NCBI GenBank assembly: GCA_964476915.1
Contig: CAYZCO010000001.1
Location: forward strand, 4,253 to 68,252
DNA length: 64,000 bases
Origin: an uncultured Leptolinea sp.
GTDB taxonomy: Bacteria > Chloroflexota > Anaerolineae > Anaerolineales > Anaerolineaceae
Direction: 5' to 3'
Position 1 is the first letter of the stretch, and each line of letters begins with the position of its first letter. The notes beneath the pieces are model-generated. The model saw only the letters and a list, made by a program, of their open reading frames with translations, made no database searches and had not been told where the DNA came from. The position numbers were made by a program, and so were the translations under genes. Positions 8,629 to 18,021 of this stretch are shown here, in pieces.

Positions 8629-9546
8629 TTGTTCGAACTAGTCTTTTTAGGTACATCTGCATCCGCTCCGGCGCCGCGCCGCAACCTGCCGGCTCTGGTG
8701 GTCAAACATGATGAATACCGTTTCCTGGTGGATTGTGGCGAAGGCACCCAGCGCCAGATCCTTCAGGCTGGAATTGGGTTCAAACGCTTGAACAATATCC
8801 TGATTACCCATGGACACCTGGACCATATCCTCGGTCTGGCCGGGCTGCTTTCCACATACATGCGCTGGGAAATGATCGATGAGATGAACATTTACGGGGG
8901 CAAAGCTGCCCTGGAACGGGTGCACGATTTACTGTATGGGGTCGTACTGCGCGGAGCCCAGCCGGATTTGAAGCTGCAGTTCCATAACTTGAACGAAGGA
9001 ATATTCTTTGATGGAGGTTCTTTCACGATTTCAGCTTTCCCGGTACAGCACCGCGGATTTGACAACATTGGCTACCTCTTCGAAGAACGCGGCCGGCGTC
9101 CGTTCCTGAATGAAAAGGCAGAAACGCTGGGCCTCCCGCCCGGTCCAATCCGTAAAAAACTGGTAGATGGAGAGAATGTCACCCTGCCGGATGGAAGAGT
9201 TGTTACACCGGACGATGTCCTGGGTGAATTCAAACCCGGCACCCGCCTGGTGGTGGTCGGTGATACCGGCAATACGGAACCACTGGCGGAAATTTGCCGG
9301 GGGGCGGACGGGCTGGTGATCGAATCAACCTATTTGCAGGAAGAAGCTGACATGGCGAAGCATTTCGGGCACCTGACTGCGAAGGATGCCGCAATCCTGG
9401 CGAATGAAGCCGGTGTCAAGCAGCTTTTCCTGACCCACCTTTCGAGGCGCTACCGTGAAAAAGATGTCCAGGCGGAAGCTGAGCAGATCTTTCCCGGCGT
9501 CCAGGTGGCCCGTGATTTTGATACCTTTACCGTGCGGGCAGAGTAG
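8629..9546 (+). CDS. rnz: Ribonuclease Z (tRNA 3' processing; MBL fold)
   Basis: 305 aa. MFELVFLGT...; metallo-beta-lactamase motif ITHGHLDH; exosite-like insert; C-terminal FLTHLSRRY and short-form RNase Z length. Confidence 0.7.
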   Translation: MFELVFLGTSASAPAPRRNLPALVVKHDEYRFLVDCGEGTQRQILQAGIGFKRLNNILITHGHLDHILGLAGLLSTYMRWEMIDEMNIYGGKAALERVHDLLYGVVLRGAQPDLKLQFHNLNEGIFFDGGSFTISAFPVQHRGFDNIGYLFEERGRRPFLNEKAETLGLPPGPIRKKLVDGENVTLPDGRVVTPDDVLGEFKPGTRLVVVGDTGNTEPLAEICRGADGLVIESTYLQEEADMAKHFGHLTAKDAAILANEAGVKQLFLTHLSRRYREKDVQAEAEQIFPGVQVARDFDTFTVRAE

Positions 9547-9565
9547 CCCGTAAACCAGGTTCCCC

Positions 9566-10240
9566 TTGCCAGAATTTAACGCTTGTGTGCTCATCCCTGC
9601 ATATAACGAAGCAGCCCACATCGGGCAGGTAGCCGCAGCTGCCAGGCAGTACTTGCCTGTCCTGGTGGTCGATGACGGCTCAAGCGATGATACTGCTGCC
9701 CGGGCTGAGATGGCAGGGGCTGAGATTATCCGCCAGGTTCCCAACCAGGGCAAAGGTGCAGCCCTCAGGGCAGGTTTCCAGCGCTGCATCCAGCAGGGCA
9801 TGGAAGCCGTCATCACCCTGGATGCTGACGGGCAGCATGACCCCACAGAGATACCGCTCTTTATACAGGCTTTTCATGAAAACCGGTCCGGGTTGATCAT
9901 CGGTCAGCGGAATTTTTCCAACATGCCGTTCACCCGCAGGCTGGCCAATACCCTGGGTGGGCGGATCATCTCGCTGGCTTTAGGCCAGCCCATCCCGGAC
10001 AACCAGAGCGGGTACCGGTTGATCAGCACCCGCCTAGCTGAGATGCTGCTTGCCTCACAGGAGAGCGGTTTCGAATTTGAGGTTGAAATGCTGGGGTTAT
10101 GCCTGAAGCATAACCTGGGCTTGGGTTGGGTGCCGATCCGCACCATTTACGCTGACGAAAAGAGCCATATCCGGCCGCTGCACCATGTGTTACATTATTT
10201 CCGGATCGTCAGACATGCCCGGCGTATCCTGATCTCGTAA
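9566..10240 (+). CDS. Family 2 glycosyltransferase (Dpm1-like)
   Basis: 224 aa. VLIPAYNEA..., DDGSSDDT, LDADGQHDP DxD-type motifs of GT-A fold GT2 enzymes. Confidence 0.75.
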   Translation: MPEFNACVLIPAYNEAAHIGQVAAAARQYLPVLVVDDGSSDDTAARAEMAGAEIIRQVPNQGKGAALRAGFQRCIQQGMEAVITLDADGQHDPTEIPLFIQAFHENRSGLIIGQRNFSNMPFTRRLANTLGGRIISLALGQPIPDNQSGYRLISTRLAEMLLASQESGFEFEVEMLGLCLKHNLGLGWVPIRTIYADEKSHIRPLHHVLHYFRIVRHARRILIS

Positions 10241-10305
10241 GATTGGGCTATGTGCAGATCCTGTTTTTCGGCTATGATTAAGTATCCAAACCTGAAGGTG
10301 CCGTC

Positions 10306-11121
10306 ATGTTCTTCGAAACTATTTCCACCATCAATCCTGTAATTCAAGCCCTGATTGCCACCCTTTTTACATGGGGTCTAACTGCAGCTGGGGCAGGGAT
10401 GGTTTTCTTCTTCAGCACCATCAAAGAATCTGTAATGAATGCTACCCTCGGTTTTGCTGCCGGGGTGATGATCGCCGCCAGCTTCTGGTCTCTGCTTGCT
10501 CCAGCCATCGAGATGTCTGAAAGCATGTTCTCTAACAGCTGGATGCCTGCGGTGATCGGATTTTTGGGTGGCGGGGCATTCCTGTTTATTGTCGATAAAA
10601 CCCTGCCTCACATGCACCCTGATATGAAAGAAGGTGAGTCTGAGGGGATTTCCACAACCTGGCGGCGGAGTGTGCTGCTGGTGTTAGCCATTACCCTTCA
10701 TAATTTTCCTGAAGGGCTGGCGGTAGGGGTGGCTTTCGGTGCTGCCGCAGTCGGCCTTCCACAGGCTGACCTGGCCGGGGCAGTTGCTCTGGCGGTAGGT
10801 ATTGGCATCCAAAATTTTCCTGAGGGTTTGGCTGTTTCAGCGCCGCTTCGGCGTGAGGGGATGAAAACTGGGAAAGCCTTCTGGTACGGGCAGATGTCCG
10901 GAGTAGTCGAGCCGATCGCCGGTGTACTTGGCGCATCCGCAGCACTTTTCATGCGCCCCATCTTGCCGTTTGTGCTGGCTTTCGCGGCTGGGGCAATGAT
11001 TTATGTAGTCATTGAGGAGCTCATACCTGAGGCGCAAAACGGGCGGCACAGCGACCTGGCAACTGTCGGCACCATGCTTGGTTTTGCCGTGATGATGCTT
11101 CTGGATGTTTCCCTGGGATAA
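10306..11121 (+). CDS. ZIP family divalent metal (zinc) transporter, ZupT-like
   Basis: 271 aa polytopic membrane protein with repeated HNFPEGLAVG / IQNFPEGLAVS metal-binding TM motifs. Confidence 0.8.
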   Translation: MFFETISTINPVIQALIATLFTWGLTAAGAGMVFFFSTIKESVMNATLGFAAGVMIAASFWSLLAPAIEMSESMFSNSWMPAVIGFLGGGAFLFIVDKTLPHMHPDMKEGESEGISTTWRRSVLLVLAITLHNFPEGLAVGVAFGAAAVGLPQADLAGAVALAVGIGIQNFPEGLAVSAPLRREGMKTGKAFWYGQMSGVVEPIAGVLGASAALFMRPILPFVLAFAAGAMIYVVIEELIPEAQNGRHSDLATVGTMLGFAVMMLLDVSLG

Positions 11122-11215
11122 CCGTCATTCAGGTGCAAGGTCAATCCATTACCTATCCGCTACCTTAAAGGTAGGCGTGTTTTTCTTAAAAATTCAGCCG
11201 GTTGAAACCTCCTCA

Positions 11216-11224
11216 TGCTATAAT
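11216..11224 (+). promoter_or_regulatory. Candidate extended -10 element (TGcTATAAT) upstream of dnaE
   Basis: atgctataat at 11215-11224. A GC-rich imperfect hairpin plus T-run (11280-11315) lies between it and the dnaE ATG. Confidence 0.25.
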
Positions 11225-11352
11225 CATTTTCATACAGCAAAGCACGTATATATGGCGCAAAACACAGGTTTGCTGCCACAGGTGCCTGTCTCTCCCCTTC
11301 GGAAGGGCAGGTTTTCAACTTCAGGGGTCTTTTATCTGGTATCCGTTCAGCT

Positions 11353-14300
11353 ATGTCCTTTGCTCACCTTCACGTTCACTCTGAATACTCCCTGCTGGAT
11401 GGTTTCAGCAACCTGAAAAAACTTACCCATAAAGCGGCCGAGATGGGCATGCCCGCTATTGCACTGACTGATCACGGCACCATGTTCGGCATTGTCGAGT
11501 TTTACAATGCTGCTATGAATGCCGGGATTAAGCCGATCTTAGGCCTTGAAACCTACATTGCACCACGCAGCATGGGTGACAGGGACAGCCGGTTGGATAA
11601 ATCTGCCTTTCACCTAGTGCTGCTTGCGGAGAATCAGGTTGGTTACCAGAACCTGTTGCAGATTGCATCGGCTTCACAGCTGGAGGGTTTTTACTACTCC
11701 CCTAGGATCGATCACCAGTACCTGGCTGATCATGCTGAAGGGCTGATCGCGGCCTCTGCCTGTATTTCCGGTGAAGTTCCCCGCACTTTCCTGGATGCAG
11801 GGGAAAACGAAGCCCTGAAAAAACTGGACTGGTACCTGGAGGTATTTGGCAGGGACAGGTTTTTCCTGGAGCTGCAGAGCCATAACATTGCCGAGCTGCC
11901 TGCAGTCAACCAGGGTTTGCTGTCCCTTTCACAAAAACGGAATGCCCGCCTGGTTGCCACGAACGATGTGCACTACATCAACCCTGAGGATGCGCGCCTG
12001 CAGGATGTCATGCTGGCGATCCAGACAGGTTCGGTCCTTTCCGAACAGCGCCGAATGCGCATGACCGATGAAACCTATTACCTGCGCTCTGCGGAAGAAA
12101 TGCGCAACCTTTTTGGGCGCTTTCCGGGTGCCATTGAAAACACGCTGGAAATTGCTGAACGCTGCAATGTGACCTTTGAGTTCAACAATTATCACCTGCC
12201 GGTGTTTGAGGTTCCGGAAGGGCACACCTCTGAGACTTACCTGCGTGAACTATGTGAAGAAGGCTGTAAGAAAAGGTATGGCAGCAGCTGGAATGATACC
12301 GCTGTTCAGGAACGCCTCAATTATGAGCTGGGCGTCATTCACAGCATGGGCTTCGATGCGTACTTCCTGATCGTTTGGGACCTATGCCGGTATGCCCGCG
12401 AAAATAATATCTGGTATGAAGCGCGCGGTTCAGGTGCTGGCTCGCTGGTTGGCTATGTGCTGCAAATCACCATTGTGGAACCGCTCCAGCATAAATTGCT
12501 GTTCGAACGGTTCCTGAATCCCAGCCGTATTTCCATGCCCGATATCGACCTGGATTTCCAGGATGACCGCCGTTCAGAGATGCTGGAGTACTGCTGCAAC
12601 CGGTACGGTACGGACAAGGTCGCCCAGATCATCACATTTGGCACTTTAGGGGCGCGGGCAGCCATCCGGGATGTCGGCCGGGTGATGGACATCGACCGGG
12701 GTGAGATCGACCGGATCGCCAAGCTGATCCCCAACACTCCAGGCAAGCCGGTTGCCATCCAGGAAGTGCTGGAAACCGTCCCTGAATTCAAGGCGGCGTA
12801 TGACGAACAGGAGTACCTGCGGGAGCTGATCGATACTGCCAGCAAGGTAGAAGGGGTAGTACGCAATGCCGGCACCCATGCTGCCGGGGTGGTGATCTCT
12901 GACAAGCCCCTGGTTGAGTATTTGCCGCTGCACCGACCTACCAGCGGCTCGGAAGACTCCCCCATCAAGACCATTACCCAGTTCGAAATGGCAGTGCTTG
13001 ACTCACTGGGAATGCTGAAAGTTGACTTTCTTGGCCTGGCATACCTGACCATCATGCAACGCGCCTGCGAGATGATCGAAAAACGGCATGGAAAAAAGTT
13101 CACCCTTGAAAACATTCCCCTGGATGATCCAAAGGTGTTTGAAATGCTGGGCAAAGGTCAGACAGCCGGAATCTTCCAGTTGGAAGGCACCGGCATGACC
13201 CGTTTCCTGGTGCAAATGAAGCCCCAGAACCTTTCCAATGTGATTGCCATGGTGGCGCTATTCCGCCCTGGCCCGATGGAGTTCATCCCGGATTATATTG
13301 ACCGGTTGCATGGTGCGCCTTTCAAGTACACGCATCCCCTGCTTGAGCCGATTTTCAAGGAGACTTTTGGAATCGGGGTTTACCAGGAACAGATCATGCA
13401 GGCAGCAGTGGATATCGCCGGGTATTCGCTGGCAGAGGCGGATGACCTGCGAAAAGCTATCTCTAAGAAGCAGAGCGATAAGATCGCAGCCCATAAACAA
13501 AAATTCATCAAGGGCGCTGTCGAAAAAGGGCTGGACAAACAAACAGGTGAACTGATCTTTTCCGACTGGGAAGAGTTTGCCCGCTACGGGTTTAATAAGA
13601 GCCACGCTGCAGATTACGGCATCATGGCTGTGGAGACCGCTTACCTTAAAACCTATTACCCGGTGGAATACCTGACCTCGCTGCTGACAGTTTCGATGAG
13701 CGACATCGCCAAGGTTTCGCTGTATGTGACTGAAGCCCGCAACCTGGGCATAGAGGTTTTACCTCCTGATATCCGCTACAGCGAGTGGAATTTCAGCCTG
13801 GAAGACCGCCCAGAAGGCGCACCCGCCATCCGATTTGGGTTGGGCGCAGTTAAAAATGTTGGCAATGCCCCCGTGGACATGATTATCCAGGCACGCGCTG
13901 AAGGCACCTTCAAGGACCTGAACGACCTGGCAAACCGGGTAGACCTGCGCGCAGTCGGGCGCAGGTCGCTGGAATGCCTGATCAAGGTCGGTGCGCTGGA
14001 CGCATTTGGCAGCCGCAATGCCTTGCTCGAAGGGCTGGACAACATCATCGCTATCAGCACGGCTAACCTGAAAGCCCGCAACAGCGGGCAGCTAAGCATC
14101 TTTGAAGACGGCGGTGCTTTTTCAATTTCGATCAGGCTACCCGATATGCCGGATGTTGACCGTAAAACGCAGCTGGGTTGGGAGCGGGAGTTGATTGGAA
14201 TGTACATCTCTGCTCACCCGCTGGCAGCCTACCAGGGTGAACTGGGTAAGAAAGTCACCCATTTCTCCGGGCAGCTCAGCGAAGTGGAAGACGGGGAAAA

Positions 14301-15255
14301 GATCACGGTTGCAGGCATGGTTACTCAATTCCGGCCTTACCAGACCAAAAAAAACCAGATGATGGCTTTTGTCACCATTGAAGATTTCCAGGGCACCATC
14401 GAGCTGGTAATATTTCCCCGTTCCTGGACCCAGTACAGTAAATTTATCCAGCCGGACCAGATCATCCTGGTTGAAGGCAAGCTGGGAAGAAGGAACAATG
14501 AACCGTCGATAGCGGTCGATAAAGTGGTACCCCTCAAGCTTGACAACATGCAGGAAGACCTTGACCAGGACGGTTCTGCAGGTTCATTTTCCAGCCAGGC
14601 CGCATTCCTGGATGAATACATCGGGTTAAGCGGTTTCGACCCTGATGAAGATGCAACATCCGAACCCCAACCGGATGAAACGCCTCCTCCGCCGGAATGG
14701 GATGACTGGGATACCGGTGTATCTCCTGCACCTGCAGCAGCAAAAGCCAGCCAGTCAGCAGCCCTACCAACAGGTGCAGCACAACCCGGGTTTGTCAAGC
14801 CCCTGGATGAGCAGGCAGACCAGGCGCAGGCAGCTGCCCCGGAAACCACATTGGAGAAGTCCGCCGACCCTGCCGTGGTGATAGAAGTAAATCATCCCCC
14901 CGAGACACCCCGTCAAAGCTGGGAAGCATTAACCCGTGTTCGGGAAACCTATACTTACCTGGTACCGCCAAATGGAAACCTCAACAGCCAGGATCCGCCC
15001 AGGATGGTGATTGTTTCACTATCTGCAACCGGCAACCGCATGCGCGACCAGCGGCGGATGGAACATATCTTTGGTGTACTGCGCTCTTCACCAGGCAAAG
15101 ACCGTTTTATCCTGCAAGTTAAAGAGGGCGCCAACGATTACCAAATCGATTTTCCTAACCAGACAATCGGGATCTGCGAAGATCTGCTGGGGAAATTGCG
15201 CAGCCTGGCTGGCCATGACAATGTCTGGATCACGCAGCTGAACACGGGAATGTGA
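11353..15255 (+). CDS. dnaE: DNA polymerase III alpha subunit
   Basis: 1300 aa. N-terminal PHP domain (MSFAHLHVHSEYSLLDG), polymerase core, OB-fold. About 150 aa of C-terminal D/E/P/A-rich low-complexity sequence follows, then a short conserved-looking tail. Confidence 0.92.
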   Translation: MSFAHLHVHSEYSLLDGFSNLKKLTHKAAEMGMPAIALTDHGTMFGIVEFYNAAMNAGIKPILGLETYIAPRSMGDRDSRLDKSAFHLVLLAENQVGYQNLLQIASASQLEGFYYSPRIDHQYLADHAEGLIAASACISGEVPRTFLDAGENEALKKLDWYLEVFGRDRFFLELQSHNIAELPAVNQGLLSLSQKRNARLVATNDVHYINPEDARLQDVMLAIQTGSVLSEQRRMRMTDETYYLRSAEEMRNLFGRFPGAIENTLEIAERCNVTFEFNNYHLPVFEVPEGHTSETYLRELCEEGCKKRYGSSWNDTAVQERLNYELGVIHSMGFDAYFLIVWDLCRYARENNIWYEARGSGAGSLVGYVLQITIVEPLQHKLLFERFLNPSRISMPDIDLDFQDDRRSEMLEYCCNRYGTDKVAQIITFGTLGARAAIRDVGRVMDIDRGEIDRIAKLIPNTPGKPVAIQEVLETVPEFKAAYDEQEYLRELIDTASKVEGVVRNAGTHAAGVVISDKPLVEYLPLHRPTSGSEDSPIKTITQFEMAVLDSLGMLKVDFLGLAYLTIMQRACEMIEKRHGKKFTLENIPLDDPKVFEMLGKGQTAGIFQLEGTGMTRFLVQMKPQNLSNVIAMVALFRPGPMEFIPDYIDRLHGAPFKYTHPLLEPIFKETFGIGVYQEQIMQAAVDIAGYSLAEADDLRKAISKKQSDKIAAHKQKFIKGAVEKGLDKQTGELIFSDWEEFARYGFNKSHAADYGIMAVETAYLKTYYPVEYLTSLLTVSMSDIAKVSLYVTEARNLGIEVLPPDIRYSEWNFSLEDRPEGAPAIRFGLGAVKNVGNAPVDMIIQARAEGTFKDLNDLANRVDLRAVGRRSLECLIKVGALDAFGSRNALLEGLDNIIAISTANLKARNSGQLSIFEDGGAFSISIRLPDMPDVDRKTQLGWERELIGMYISAHPLAAYQGELGKKVTHFSGQLSEVEDGEKITVAGMVTQFRPYQTKKNQMMAFVTIEDFQGTIELVIFPRSWTQYSKFIQPDQIILVEGKLGRRNNEPSIAVDKVVPLKLDNMQEDLDQDGSAGSFSSQAAFLDEYIGLSGFDPDEDATSEPQPDETPPPPEWDDWDTGVSPAPAAAKASQSAALPTGAAQPGFVKPLDEQADQAQAAAPETTLEKSADPAVVIEVNHPPETPRQSWEALTRVRETYTYLVPPNGNLNSQDPPRMVIVSLSATGNRMRDQRRMEHIFGVLRSSPGKDRFILQVKEGANDYQIDFPNQTIGICEDLLGKLRSLAGHDNVWITQLNTGM

Positions 15256-15344
15256 AATTGCTGCCTGTAGCTATCCTCACAACTTAAATTCTTACCTGGG
15301 GTTAAATTTCGTATGCGGTCATATCACGGTGGAATTGCCTGATC

Positions 15345-16325
15345 ATGAAAATTGTTGTCACCGGGTCTGCCGGTCTGGTTGGCTCCAATATTGTGCGCAC
15401 CCTGCTTGAAAACGGGGATAGTGTAACCGCCATGGTCCACCGCGACAGGCGGGCCCTCGAAGGGCTGGATGTCAGGCTCGCTATGGGGGATATCGAGGAT
15501 GAAAACAGTCTGGAGAAAGTCTTTACGGGAGCCGATGCGGTAGTGCATTCAGCCGGATATGTCTCCATCCGCAAGAATGAATGGGAAAAATTGAACCGGT
15601 TAAATGTCCTGGCAACACGCAACACAGCCCGGGCTTGCCAGGTTTGCGGTGTGAAAAAACTGGTGTACATTTCCTCGGTCCATGCCTTACAGCAGGATCC
15701 TCTCGACGTACCCGTCGATGAGAACAGGCAACTGGCGCTGGACGAGCGATTTACTTCCTATGACAGATCAAAAGCGGCGGCTGAACTTGAAATACAGCAG
15801 GCAGCCTGGCAGGGATTGCACACGGTCATTCTGCGCCCGACCGCGGTGATTGGTCCGCATGATCACCATCCCTCTGCGCTGGGGAAGGCGGTTTACTACC
15901 TTGCACGCGGCAAATGGCCAGCTGTGGTGCAAGGCGGTTTTGACTGGGTGGATGCCCGCGATGTGGGACAGGCTGTCCGCCAGGCGCTTCACCAAGCTCC
16001 TCCAGAATCGCATTACCTGGTGACGGGAACCTGGACAAGCGTATTGGAACTGGCAGCACGCATTTCGGCCATAACAGGTTGTTTCTGCCCGAAGGTCGCC
16101 TTTCCTTTGTGGATGGCAAAGCTGGTTGTCCCTGTGGGGGATTTTGTAGCCAGCCGCAGCCGGAAGGAACAGGTATTTACCAGCGCAACCCTCGGTGCGC
16201 TGGACAGCAATACCCGCATTTGCCGCAAGAAGGCCGAAGACGAGCTTGAGTATAAACCGCGCCCTCTGGATGAAACCCTCCGGGATACTATCGCCTGGTT
16301 CAAACAAAATCCACCGGGTGAATAA
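15345..16325 (+). CDS. NAD-dependent epimerase/dehydratase (extended SDR) family protein
   Basis: 326 aa. Rossmann motif VTGSAGLVGSN; 3-beta-HSD / dihydroflavonol-reductase-like layout. Confidence 0.75.
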   Translation: MKIVVTGSAGLVGSNIVRTLLENGDSVTAMVHRDRRALEGLDVRLAMGDIEDENSLEKVFTGADAVVHSAGYVSIRKNEWEKLNRLNVLATRNTARACQVCGVKKLVYISSVHALQQDPLDVPVDENRQLALDERFTSYDRSKAAAELEIQQAAWQGLHTVILRPTAVIGPHDHHPSALGKAVYYLARGKWPAVVQGGFDWVDARDVGQAVRQALHQAPPESHYLVTGTWTSVLELAARISAITGCFCPKVAFPLWMAKLVVPVGDFVASRSRKEQVFTSATLGALDSNTRICRKKAEDELEYKPRPLDETLRDTIAWFKQNPPGE

Positions 16326-16346
16326 ATCCATCTCCCATTCCTTCTT

Positions 16347-17075
16347 TTGCCGGCGTATAATCCACGAATGCGTAATTTCCTAAAAATTGTTCTCGGCATC
16401 GTGGCGATCATTCTCCTTGTAGCGGCATATTTCCTGGTACGTCACCCCGGCAGTATCAGCCGCAGTTCAAGAGTGGTGCAATGGCTGCGGAATCCGGATG
16501 CCTACCCTCAGTGGTCTGTTTCTGCCCGGGAGCGCTGCGGCAATGCCCCTTTCATGCTGCCAACCAGCGGCTTCATCGGATACCTGTGGGATGATTCTTT
16601 CAGGATTGGGCACCGCCACCAGGGGATTGATATTTTCGGTGGTGAACCAGCGGGTATTACACCGGTTTATGCTGCATACAGTGGATACCTGACCCGCCTG
16701 CCCGAATGGAAATCCAGCCTGATCATCCGCATCCCAGATGATCCCTTGCAACCCGGCCGCCAGATCTGGACCTATTACACCCACCTGGCCGATGCTGAAG
16801 GCAATTCATTCATTGCAGCCGGCTTTCCGGCAGGCACTGCTGAGGAGAGGGTTGAAGCTGGAACCCTGCTTGGATACCAGGGCAATTACTCCGGCGACCC
16901 GAATCAGCCAACCGGCATTCACCTGCATTTCTCTATTGTCCTGGACGACGGGCAGGGAAAATTCCGCAATGAACTTGAGATCAGCAATACCCTTGACCCT
17001 TCCCCCTACTTTGTGCTGAAATTAAACGCCAAAGAAAACCCGGATGAGGTTGTTGTCTGCCCTGCAGGCGACTGA
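16347..17075 (+). CDS. M23 family metallopeptidase (LytM domain) with N-terminal membrane anchor
   Basis: HxxxD-type HRHQGIDI and HLHF motifs of the M23/LytM fold. N-terminal TM helix. Exact start uncertain (possibly the internal MRNF). Confidence 0.7.
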   Translation: MPAYNPRMRNFLKIVLGIVAIILLVAAYFLVRHPGSISRSSRVVQWLRNPDAYPQWSVSARERCGNAPFMLPTSGFIGYLWDDSFRIGHRHQGIDIFGGEPAGITPVYAAYSGYLTRLPEWKSSLIIRIPDDPLQPGRQIWTYYTHLADAEGNSFIAAGFPAGTAEERVEAGTLLGYQGNYSGDPNQPTGIHLHFSIVLDDGQGKFRNELEISNTLDPSPYFVLKLNAKENPDEVVVCPAGD

Positions 17076-17145
17076 CCTGTTTGCGCCGGATGTCCGGAAT
17101 CAGTATAATTTTTAAGGGATCATGCCATCCTGCCTGTGAGTTCCA

Positions 17146-17955
17146 ATGGTAACCTACCGCGACCTGGTAATTGCATTTGCCCGCCTCGAAATTCCCCGGG
17201 AGACACCGGTCATCGTCCATTCCTCTTTATCTGCCCTGGGAAGTGTGAATGGGGGCGCCAGGACAGTTGTGGGGGCGATCCTGGCTGCCTGGCAGCAAGT
17301 CTTGATGCCAGCCTTCACTTTTCGCAGCATGTTGATACCCGAACAGGGGCCTGTGAACAACGGATTGCGGTACGGCAGCGGCAAAGAAACCAACCGTTTG
17401 AACACACCATTTCATCCCGGTCTGCCGGTTGACCGGTCGGTTGGTGCTATCCCTGAAACTCTGCGGTCATTACCGGGTGCACTTCGGTCCAGCCATCCCC
17501 TGCTATCGTTTACAGGGATGAATGTCCAGCCTTACCTGGATGCCCAGAATTTGCAGGAGCCGCTTGGTCCGCTGCGTTTGCTGCATGAGCAGGCAGGCTG
17601 GGTGATCTTGCTGGGCGTGGATCACACTGCCAACACCAGTATTCACCTGGCAGAAAGGCTGGCAGGGCGGAAAGAGTTCATCCGCTGGGCTGCGCTTTCC
17701 AGCAAGGTGGTGGAGTGCTACAACATCCCCGGTTGTTCAGACGGTTTTTTTAAGGCTGCATCGCTTCTTGAACCCGTCACCCGGGCAGTGCCTATTGGCA
17801 ATACCCGGCTGCAGGCGCTTCCATTGAAAGAAATGATCCCGCTCCTGGTGGTCAGGATCAAGCGTGACCCGTTTGCGCTTTTGTGCGACAGGACTGATTG
17901 TGAACGCTGTCAATCCGTCCGAATTGTCATCCGCCACCGGGTGGGCAGCCGCTAA
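17146..17955 (+). CDS. AAC(3)-family aminoglycoside N3-acetyltransferase-like protein
   Basis: 269 aa. VHSSLSALG...GGARTVVGAIL...MPAFT...GAIPE...VILLGVDHTANTSIHLAE pattern characteristic of the AAC(3) antibiotic N-acetyltransferase fold. Confidence 0.7.
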   Translation: MVTYRDLVIAFARLEIPRETPVIVHSSLSALGSVNGGARTVVGAILAAWQQVLMPAFTFRSMLIPEQGPVNNGLRYGSGKETNRLNTPFHPGLPVDRSVGAIPETLRSLPGALRSSHPLLSFTGMNVQPYLDAQNLQEPLGPLRLLHEQAGWVILLGVDHTANTSIHLAERLAGRKEFIRWAALSSKVVECYNIPGCSDGFFKAASLLEPVTRAVPIGNTRLQALPLKEMIPLLVVRIKRDPFALLCDRTDCERCQSVRIVIRHRVGSR

Positions 17956-18021
17956 GGGACGACCCTGTAAGAACCCATACCCTTCTTAAAATCCCACCAA
18001 TTACGATAGAATCGCCCTGCT

